Below are positions 22,106-32,798 of a DNA stretch of 32,798 nt, piece after piece. The number at the start of each line of letters is the position of its first letter. Position 1 is the stretch's first letter. The notes under the pieces are model-generated. The model ran no database searches. It was not told the origin of the DNA and saw only the letters and a program-made list of their open reading frames with translations. This stretch comes from Octopus bimaculoides (taxonomy: Eukaryota): positions 21,020,737-21,053,534 of the forward strand of contig NC_068982.1 of assembly GCF_001194135.2 (NCBI RefSeq). The letters run 5' to 3'. Both the position numbers and the translations under genes were made by a program.

Positions 22106-22324
22106 TGCACGGAGGCAGAGCGGTAAAGAGTGAGAAAGAGAAAGGATGCATATTTTAAGAATGAAATTAGGTTTGCTAGACGCTGTAGGCATTCATTTGC
22201 ATATATTAGTAACATCATTACCAATCCTATTTTGTTGTTGATGTGTTCTTATTATGTGTATAGAGTGAGCGTGCAATACATCAAAGTGACACGAGTACAA
22301 ATACACGAAGACCAATATACCCAT

Positions 22325-22712
22325 CATGACTTCTAGTCTGATAAGGGTATACAAGGTACATGCATCGCAAAAGCATGTGTGCAACATGGTGATCCCATAG
22401 CAAGATAAACAGTGCATGACCTAACAGGCGAGGTCAAGTTACAATTCTCTTGAGTTTCAGTAGTCCATTCCACTCGAAAGGTTCCTCAATAGAGGCTGAG
22501 GATTATGAACGAAACACCTGTGTTTCCAGTGTCGAATTATCCAAACCAAAACCATAACGTTCCTCTCAACACAGTCTATGGCGCTCCCCAACTACTTCTG
22601 CTCGTGTTCAGAGATGCACAAATCGTCAGCCACTAAGGGATACGCTGAACTGCTTAAAGTCAAGCCACTGACCAGCAAATCAGTTGTACTGAGTAACATA
22701 TTTGCTGTATGC
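22325..22712. mobile_element. Interspersed repeat of a common Octopus family (probably SINE or LINE 3'-derived; orientation uncertain, likely minus)
   Basis: GC-richer block ..CAAGATAAACAGTGCATGACC..TGTTTCCAG..TTCCTCTCAACAC..ACTACTTCTGCTCGTGTTCAGAGATGCACAAATCGTCAGCCACTAAGGGA..CAGCAAATC..ATATTTGCTGTA. Recognised from memory only; no coding motif found. Confidence 0.5.
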
Positions 22713-22949
22713 CTGTTGTAGGATAAATAATCATAATTATTGTATTTTAGAAAGCAAACAGAATCTTTTCTATGTTGTACAAAGGACTTAGCATCGTATC
22801 TTCCGACATGTTACCTTCTAATCTCAAATTCCGAAGAAGTTAACATTGCTTTTCTTCTTTTCGGGCTAAATTAAATGATAGAAGATAATGTGGCCGATGT
22901 AATCAACAAAGCCATTTTTTCTCCAAATTGCAGGTCGAGTACGAAAGTT

Positions 22950-23105
22950 TAAATATGAGCAGGCGTAATAGTTATCAGTCCGAACAAAAATCGTAGGGGC
23001 ATTCCATCCGGGTATTTAGGTATTGGCTTCAAATGCTGCTGATTTCGACTTCACATTTCATCCTTTTTAGGTCAATCCAACTGAACATTTGTGTCGGTGC
23101 ACTCG
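22950..23105 (+). mobile_element. Degenerate tRNA-SINE remnant related to 17171-17357
   Basis: ..GGCTTCAAATGCTGCTGATTTCGACTTCACATTTCATCCTTTTTAGGTCAAT.. shares the GACTT.ACATTTCATCCTTT..GGTC.AT motif with the copy at ~17240-17270. Confidence 0.5.
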
Positions 23106-23489
23106 GGAAGCAGCTTCTCCAAAAGTTAAAGCTTTATTCCGATTATAGAATTAATTAAAATTATTAATGTAGGAGATGAAAATTATTTCATATATTCAAT
23201 TATTCATATATTTATATTACATATAAATATATAAATATAAACACACACACACACACACATCAACACATGCCTAGATGATGCAAGTATTGATTTTAGTATT
23301 TAAAACAAAACATAAATACAAATGGGAATATGATTGCCTTATATGTAACGTTCGATATAACATTTAATCTCTATTTTTCAAAGCTACTTTACTTAACATG
23401 TTTGACAAGGGTTTAGCGATGAATACTTGAAACAGATATTCGTTAATAGCGTAGGCGGTACTGAGAAATGAATATACCCATATAACCAT

Positions 23490-23640
23490 TCACACGCACA
23501 ACACACACACACACACACACACACCCACACACCCACATCCACACCCACACCCACACACACACAACACCATCACCCGGACACATATACACACAAACACACA
23601 CTCACACACACTCAAACACGCACACTCACACAATGCACAT
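23490..23640. repeat. (CA)n/(CACACC)n degenerate microsatellite
   Basis: Seen directly. Confidence 0.9.
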
Positions 23641-26600
23641 GCATATATATATGTAAATCGGTGGGTTTACTTCAGTGTATGAATATATGTGCACATATAC
23701 ACACATTAAAATATTTTTATTACAAAGCGAAACCATCAGACACCGAACTTATACACAAGTGTTCCGTCGTGATTCAACGCCCACGCCCACATTTATGCAT
23801 ACATAACACTATTTTATTTAAACACTATGCGCATTATAACTCATGTATTTTTGAATATTTCTTACTTGCTATTTATAGAACCTTTGAGATTAGAGATAGT
23901 TTCCCTTAAATTATATGCGTCATCTTACAATGGTTGTCACTTCAGTGCTAATGCGCGCCAGAAGTACTGTTCTTTCTTATTTTATCCACATACTCATCAT
24001 ATATGAGTTATCTACCTTAACTACTGCCATTATATTAAAACTTGGTCTGAGGGTGTTTTATTAGATTAATCGCCAACATTATCTTAGCTGATCAAAATGG
24101 TTCTCTTCATAATATTTTCACCTCACTGAATGGAAATCCGATATACGTTTCAAATTCCTTTAGACTGTACAAAGAATTGTTCTTCGCATCAGTATTGACA
24201 AAAGTAATGGTGTAATTACCCGGGTGTCTTTTTCTTGTTTAAATATTGTACACATCTGCCAATTCGGCAGAACATAAGCCAATGTAGCATGATGTGGGAG
24301 ACCTTAAAATAAAAAGTAATTTCTTTGCGGAACAAAACACTAGAACAAATATGGAAAAACGATCCAGACAAATGCTCAATGGCTGAGACATGTCTTCAGT
24401 GTAAAGACGTACCTCACTTCAATATATGGCTATCATTTAAGATCGGATATGGATGAGACCAATCGTTTCAACATGATGTTGACCAGTATCCTTTATGCAA
24501 TGAGAAGCAGTAATTTTGGCTCTGAATATAGAGATAGAATTGCTATCGCTTACAATGATAGGAAACTATACATCTCTTAAGATATATAGTCACTCACAAT
24601 GATAAGAACCATAAGTCCGTTAAGCTATATGCAATACTTCAAGGTCTATCAGCCAACAGATACCCTTCAGGATCTCGTTGTTTTTGTTTTCAGTTTTAAG
24701 TTTAGATAATAACAGTTATTGTAAGTAATTTAACTGGTTCTCCGGTGTTGTGGATAATAAGCATGTCACAATCGTAGGCCGCGATAAAATAGATTCGTCT
24801 CTTTCAAGTGTTCTATCCATATCTTTTAGGCCAGACTTAAATGTATTTATGTTATATACATATCTGACAGTCACTTCCATATCGATACCAGTGGCATTGT
24901 TCAACCTATTATAAACACGTCAGGGAACTTTCTTGATTACCAGTAACTGATAATATTTTACTGAGATATTAGAACAAGCGAATGTGCAATAATTGTGAAT
25001 CTTGAAATGCAGTACCCTTGTAAATTTGAATGTGCCACTACTTATCTGAAATTTGTCGATAACATGTTATAAACTGCCAAATATTCAGTTTATTTCTAGG
25101 TTGACGGGAAAGAAACATATTTCATGTCTAACAGCCTGGCTGTGCTGTAGATTCGAACATTTGTCTCTACATTGTATCAATATATGTTTGCTGGAAAATG
25201 GTTTTCGCATTACTATGGCTATGCCCTTTCTACACAAAAATATGACTCAATGACATTTTTGTTAGTTGACACACGATCCCCGCATTCCGATTAGTCAGCC
25301 CTATTTCTTTTCCTAGACTTGTGATATGTCTATTTAAGATGACATTCTGATTGTGTGTTTCAAAGAAAATCTTCATATTCGAGATCGTGTATATCAGAGT
25401 TTCCGTGCTTCAAGCAGAGCCATTATATCCTAATACCTCTATCAGAGAATGGGAATTTTAAATAGAGAATCTTATAGCAATTAAAAGTTGCCATTTTTCC
25501 GGATTATCATATAGCAGAGTAATTGTGTAATGAATCGGTACTTTGAGGTAGTACATGCGTGCAACATATTTACAAATAAGTAGTAACCACTTACTAATGC
25601 CAGCTCGTTCTTTAGACATTTTTAGCACCCACATATTCAACAGAGAAAAACAGATATTAAGTGTCCACTCTCTGGATTACCTTATCAGACTACTTCACCA
25701 CATAGTCTACTCTCATTGAGAGTTTGATCAGAAGAGTGTTTGATGCTGAAGTTTATTTGATTGTTACAGTGATGAAAAAGTATGTATATATACAACGTGA
25801 CAAAATTAAATTATTTTTTCTGTTTATTTTTCCACCGTAATGTACGTCACCTCTCGTACATCGTTTCAGGTCAAGGAATTTGAACGGAATGCACGATAGA
25901 CAGGCTAGCGTTTATAGGCGATCCTCCTAAAATGTGGCTAATTGCAAACACAAATACACGTTTGAGGAAACTAACCTTGGGGACAAACTTTTTAAACTAT
26001 CAGTCATTTACGGGATACATTTTCTCAGGAGATTATAGCTGGGGAACGAAGATAGATTTTATGGCGTTTTGAAGCACAGTCCCTATCATAATTTTCTGTA
26101 TCTTATCACCAAAGAAGTAAATACATCTGCTAGTAAGATCGAAAACCACTGACACTAACTCATTCCGATATGCAGCATAGTAAATGCAATGATGAAGATC
26201 GTTTTTCCTCGGAGCAACAATCATAATTCTTCCTTTATGGAAGTTGTGATTAGTATAGTATCCTTTTCATGTGCTTAGTAAACGAAGTACGAGCATACTT
26301 GATGTCTTCTAGCGTGGGCTTATATCTGGTATTCATGGCGAGCAAAACTGTATCTCTGGACTGAAACAAAGTTTGTCTGGAACCACATAGTAAACAACTA
26401 TGGTGTGTGATTCGAGAGGGAAATGACATAGAAAACTTACACTTTTCATTGCTACTTTGTTCCATTCGTCGTTTTGCAAAAGGCTGCATGCTTAAAGCCT
26501 ATAAATAGATATATGTATGCATATATAAATTTGCAAATCACAAAGAAATAGTATAATGAAAATTTATTTAATAGTAATAAAATTCAAAAATCATTACAAA

Positions 26601-26984
26601 TTGTTTTACAATTTGAAGTATGTAAAGATAATTTAGGCTATTATACCTAATAATAACGAAATTGCGCGTGTGTATAAAAGCAAAATGCAAACATCTTTTA
26701 AAACAATGCAGAAATTAAGCTACGTCCACAGGTGAAACGAAGTCTTTGCTAAACACTAAATTGTGATATAACGTTTCAAAAGTGCTAAGTTAATCATTAA
26801 AAGATTATGGAAGATAATAATATTACCAAATTTAATATAATATAAAACTGTATACACCACGTATTGTTTTCCCTTGTATCGTACAATATATTCTGTTTTG
26901 TAGAAGGATACAATAAGGAGTTATTTCTATGAGTAGTACGGGATTACTTGAATCCATCTATTGTAACTTAAATTTATATATTTA

Positions 26985-27125
26985 TATGCATACATATATA
27001 TATATNNNNNNNNNNTATATATATATTTATATATATATATATGTATATATATATGTGTGTGTCTGTGTGTGTATGTGTGTATACATATGAGTGTGTGTGC
27101 GTGTGTATGTGTGAGCCCGTTTGTG
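26985..27125. repeat. (AT)n/(GT)n microsatellite with a 10-N gap (27006-27015)
   Basis: Seen directly. Confidence 0.85.
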
Positions 27126-30100
27126 TGTACGTTAATATTGGTCTGTCTCTTCGGGGGTATAAGTAACATAGCCAAGGAAATTGTGCAATATAAATCATGA
27201 AAAAAAAAATAAGACAGTCATCTCTTTTGAACTACGAATACTATATTAAATCATCTTGATCAACGCTTTTATTGCCCCTACATTATTGATAAGAATTAAG
27301 TTTTCTTCTAATTATAGTCATGTTCGTCGATTAATCAAAATATTCACCGAATGTATTCCACAAGTCAGCCAGGGGACTTGTTGTCATTTCAACTGATGAG
27401 ATCATAAGTTCACAAGAGAATGGAAATTAAGCTCATTTGATATATTTTAATATAATTCTTCTTAATATTTCTTTCTGTATTGAATATAGTCGTCTATAAG
27501 AATACTTTTTTGTTTACTTTTTAATAGATTTCACCTATACGGCATTACAAAGAAACGGTGAACTCTGCAGTGCATCACATTTGGCACTGATCTTAGGATT
27601 ATTGTCTAAAGCCAAAAGATTTATTGACTCCAGGGTGAATTTAGGTCAGTCCCAGCAAAGTCAAACAAGCCTCTTTCAGAGTAGGTATGGTGGAGGGTGA
27701 GAATGAGTGAGAAAGAGAATGAGAGAGAGAGAGAGCGATGGCGAAGAGCAAAATTACGCGCGTGTGCGTGTGTGTAAATGTGTGTGTGTTTGTGCATGTG
27801 TGTGCTTCTGTGTGTAAGTGCTTGTGTGTAGGTGTATGCGTTTGAGTGTTCTTGTGTGATCTAGAACCTTTCGTTCGATGCCAAAATGCTCTTTTATGTT
27901 TCGCTATAAGTAAAATTGCTAATATAATAACATACTCAATTATTTTGTCGAATTCACGAGGGAGGGAAGTCAAGTAAGACCAAAAATACGTCATCTGCAT
28001 CTTTTCAGTTAACCTTGTCTCGTTGAAAATATATTATTTATCGATTTCTGAAAGAAACTTTTGTTCTTCTTCGTAATCGATTGAACTGCACAGAAAGTTG
28101 AAGCTACTTCGCTTGGTTTTTTCGGTGATTTATCTTACTTTGAGGATTGAAGAGAAATTTACCTAAAGAAATCCCTATTGTGTTAATATATCATAATTTA
28201 ATTAAAACCTTTAGATTGTTTAAATAATGAACTAGCTTTAGAGAAATGGTAGCTTTCAGCCGGATTTTTAGACATGTCTCCATTAATCTGTCCAGACGTT
28301 CTACAGTTTAATTAATATCCGAGGTACTACATAACTGTATACTTAAATATGGAATAATCCAAACCGATGGATTCTTAAACTTCCTTAAAATGCGAAATCT
28401 ATATTAGTTCTGCTTCTGTATGGAAATGCAAGCAGTTTTTATAATTTAAATATTCCTTTTGTAAATATTTATTGAAATACACAATTGGAACGCATATGAA
28501 GCCATCAGCTTAATATATTTCCTTTTAAATACGTTTACTATTAACAGTTCCCTAGTAATAAAGAAGATAATCGTTCACTGTTAAATTCTTCGCAAAGCAA
28601 CGAGAAAGTTCTATAAACATTTATTATGATAATCCTTGAAATAGTATCTAATTTCCTGCTATGAATGACTGTTAAACTGTACAAGCTATTGCAAAAGTAA
28701 AGCACGGAATGACTGAAAATTTCGCTTGGAACAGATACAATAGAAATGATGACAGAAATGTCCCATAAAAAATGTAATTATGGATTAATATTTGCAAAAA
28801 ATATAATTTAATCACTGTCAGAACTGCATGCTCTATTTCATTTCTACTTTAGATTTCTATAGTAATACAACGACGTAGCTTATTACTGTGATAGAAAAAT
28901 GTTATTGCATTTGTTAATTGACAGGTATGAAAAAGAAGTGGCACATACGTGATGTACGATCACTTATGCCGGCGTAAGTAGCTAACATATCCCTATGTAC
29001 ATTGTTTAGTATTTGACTGGAAGAAATACGAAAAAATGAGTATATTTAAATTTTGTCACAAATTATCTCATTATAGGAATGAAACAGAGTGTGATACTGG
29101 TGTGTGTCCATAATATACCTTGGATACCAGAAACACGATTTTCCGCTCTCTACAAATTAGCACAAATTCATAACAATAGCATTTATGTAATCCATAAAAC
29201 AAAGAAATATATTCACAGATGACCATGATTCTAACTAAAGGAGAGATACAAAGAAGACATAACTGCTTGAAATATCATGTATTTCATTAAAGATATGGAT
29301 GTAAATGAGTGAAGTAAAATAAAATAGAATTGGACAGATGATTTGCAAATGATTTCTCTTTCAATGGTTTTGCAAGTCATTTCTTTTTAACTTTGTCTTC
29401 GCTTCTGTTGTCTTGGAGTATTTTTATGATATATACCTATATGTAATTATGTAAAGATACGAATACCTGTTGAGTGATGCATAACTTAATTAATTGAAAT
29501 AACGTAAGCATAAGTTATTGCAGGCGATTTATTGTGGATATAGCACAAGGGTGGCAGTATTAAACAAACCAACACAAAATATATAAATAAGCAACATCTT
29601 AAATTTTAACGACCAGGAAAAAGAAAAACAGAAATAATTAAGAAATATCTCGAGCCAATTTACGTGCTAGTAAACGAACGGTTTGAAACATTTAAAGCAC
29701 AAAATCTTAGGTGAAGATGTCATTTGCCTAAATGAGCATTACCAAGACCATGGCGTTCTTTCATCCATCTGATACGAGTGACAATAGAAGATAGAGAGAG
29801 GAAATATAAGGATACGCGACGGCGAAAAGATTAAAATAGGAGAAACAATCTCTAAGCATATTATTATATGTTGCATCATCACATACGAAATTGCTATAAA
29901 AGCGTGTTTTTTCTTTTATAAATTTCTTTATATAAAACACTTGTTTATGGAAGTCAGTCTACGAATTATGTGGCATGTTTTTGTTGTTTCAGAAGATTTT
30001 TCACCTGTCATTTCTTCATTTCTGCCACTTTCTATGTTTGTATATTTCGCTGTGTGTGTGTGTGTATATATATAGGTATAGTTAGAGTGACAGAGGAGAA

Positions 30101-30436
30101 AGAAAATACAAAATAAATATATCGGAGTGCGAATTAGAAACTATTGGCTTTCAAGTATAATACTTGGATTGCATGTTCAACTGTAAGTGAAATTCTGAGA
30201 TGATATATGTATGTGTGTAGTACTAAATGAGATGCGAAACAATGTTGCGGAAATGTATCGGAGTATGTTGATAATGCTCATAATGGGGCAAGAATGTTAT
30301 TCACTCGTTACTTCTATATAGTTATATTCATATAGGCCAATCACCTCCTGATAAATTCATTATAGCCGTATTCTATAAGCTGATATGACTATATAAACTG
30401 CGATAAAAACAAAGAACTGCACAAAAACAAATACAC

Positions 30437-30546
30437 AATATATATATATATATATATATATATCTGTGTATGTATGTATGTATGTATGTATGTAGGTATG
30501 TATGTATCTGTGTGCGTGTGTGAATATATAGTAAAAACTCGGTTAT

Positions 30547-30590
<44 letters not shown>

Positions 30591-30860
30591 NNNNNNNNNN
30601 NNNNNNNNNNNNNNNNNNNNNNNNNNNNNNNNNNNNNNNNNNNNNNNNNNNNNNNNNNNNNNNNNNNNNNNNNNNNNNNNNNNNNNNNNNNNNNNNNNNN
30701 NNNNNNNNNNNNNNNNNNNNNNNNNNNNNNNNNNNNNNNNNNNNNNNNNNNNNNNNNNNNNNNNNNNNNNNNNNNNNNNNNNNNNNNNNNNNNNNNNNNN
30801 NNNNNNNNNNNNNNNNNNNNNNNNNNNNNNNNNNNNNNNNNNNNNNNNNNNNNNNNNNNN

Positions 30861-30891
<31 letters not shown>

Positions 30892-30897
30892 TACATT
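30437..30897. repeat. (AT)/(TATG)/(CA)n microsatellites around an assembly gap (30591-30860)
   Basis: Seen directly. Confidence 0.9.
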
Positions 30898-31454
30898 AAT
30901 ATATAGATTTATGTATATATACTTACATGTCTATAGAAAGAAATGTTTTCTGATATACGTAGTCCATATGTAATGTGTGTGCATATGCACATTACTTATA
31001 TCGGTAACCGGCTGGTCATACGTTCTTGCTGTACGTGTTTGTTTGTGTATTAGTGAGCGAATTCGCTAGTTTCATTTTGTAGATGGATGTCTACAAATAT
31101 GTGACACAATTTCATCGAAATATGCCTAATGAAACGTGCGTACATACATGTTGAGACCTTTATACGAATAATTATAGAGATAAGTAACTAGCATGCTGGC
31201 ATATTGCGTTTAAGGATATGCACAGAAGTGAGTCTTGTGTATATTAATCACATTATTTCTACATATACACACATATGCAAGCATGCATTTGAATGTCTAC
31301 ATAGACAGGGACACACGCACTAACGCTCGCACTAACACACACATATATATATACATATACATTATTACGTAGTATATACACACATATACACCTTTGTATA
31401 TAACTGTATATATCTGTGTATATACATATATTATTAATAGTATCATTTTTACAA

Positions 31455-31617
<163 letters not shown>

Positions 31618-31733
31618 GTATGGGATATTGCCTCTCGAGGCACATCACGTAACAGTATATAAATTACTATGAAAATGTCGGGTTGGAAATCTTTTGGGCA
31701 CGTATGTGTCTATGTATATATATATATATATAT

Positions 31734-32189
31734 NNNNNNNNNNNNNNNNNNNNNNNNNNNNNNNNNNNNNNNNNNNNNNNNNNNNNNNNNNNNNNNNNNN
31801 NNNNNNNNNNNNNNNNNNNNNNNNNNNNNNNNNNNNNNNNNNNNNNNNNNNNNNNNNNNNNNNNNNNNNNNNNNNNNNNNNNNNNNNNNNNNNNNNNNNN
31901 NNNNNNNNNNNNNNNNNNNNNNNNNNNNNNNNNNNNNNNNNNNNNNNNNNNNNNNNNNNNNNNNNNNNNNNNNNNNNNNNNNNNNNNNNNNNNNNNNNNN
32001 NNNNNNNNNNNNNNNNNNNNNNNNNNNNNNNNNNNNNNNNNNNNNNNNNNNNNNNNNNNNNNNNNNNNNNNNNNNNNNNNNNNNNNNNNNNNNNNNNNNN
32101 NNNNNNNNNNNNNNNNNNNNNNNNNNNNNNNNNNNNNNNNNNNNNNNNNNNNNNNNNNNNNNNNNNNNNNNNNNNNNNNNNNNNNNNNN
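31734..32189. other. Assembly gap flanked by (AT)n
   Basis: Run of N. Confidence 0.98.
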
Positions 32190-32798
32190 ATATGCTTACG
32201 CATATATATATATGTGTGTGTGGGGGTATACATACATATATTTTTACATATGCTTACGCATATATATATATGGCACACATATGACCTTCCATCTGTACAA
32301 AACAGGGAGATACACGATAGAAACATCGTTAGAGAATTATGCATGTAGGTATATAGGTGTATGGATAAATATAGCCATTCATCATCGAATAATGTCACGG
32401 CGAAAAACCGTGTTTATTTCTTTGCATTGGAAAACCTGAAGCACCGAACATTGGACAGCGTTTTTCAGTAGAATCCATCCTACATGGGCATCATTAAAAA
32501 GTCGGAAACGGAAAACTAAAGGGAGAATTGAATGCGTGTTTGACTAATAAGAATAATATACTCTCAAAATAACAATGGTTACATGAGCATATCCAACAAA
32601 ATATATATGTGTGCGTGTGTGTGAGTGTGTCTATGTGTGTGTGTGTATGTATATATATGTATGTATATGTATATGTGTGTGAGTGTATATGTACAGATAT
32701 ATGGCTATCTTCATGTATATAAACATATTTGTATCTATAAATGTTTTTATATATTTGCAGATATATTTATATGCATATGTATATATATATATATATAT

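Noticed and set aside
24716-24915. Minus-strand ORF LNNATGIDMEVTVRYV... preceded by TTTTATAATAG
   Set aside because: A plausible terminal exon, but with no family similarity and no partner exons. Not reported as a CDS; covered by the unique-block finding.
25102-25300. Frame VDGKETYFMSNSLAVL*IRTF...YQYMFAGKWFSHYYGY with one in-frame TAG that A-to-I editing could turn into TGG
   Set aside because: No homology or dsRNA partner supports a stop-recoding site; too speculative.

Overview
AT-rich, gap-interrupted eukaryotic non-coding DNA. I recognise its interspersed repeats from memory as typical of Octopus/coleoid cephalopod genomes; this is an inference, not a database result. No host protein-coding gene, rRNA, true tRNA or CRISPR array can be supported. 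Most long ORFs in the track are artefacts of N-gaps or microsatellites. The window contains several tRNA-derived SINE copies, a decayed mariner transposase (~3.75-4.47 kb), decayed fragments of R4/Dong-like non-LTR retrotransposons (8.1-8.5 kb +, 17.6-17.75 kb -, 18.2-18.65 kb -), many microsatellites and nine assembly gaps. Two structures deserve most attention. The first is a pair of inverted repeat copies around a (TA)n tract at 15.95-16.25 kb, whose left copy folds as a minimal type I hammerhead ribozyme with a variant core (Penelope-like element or retrozyme signature). The second is a ~157-bp near-perfect inverted repeat at 9.14-9.63 kb (fold-back/MITE or dsRNA substrate, or a gap-edge artefact).
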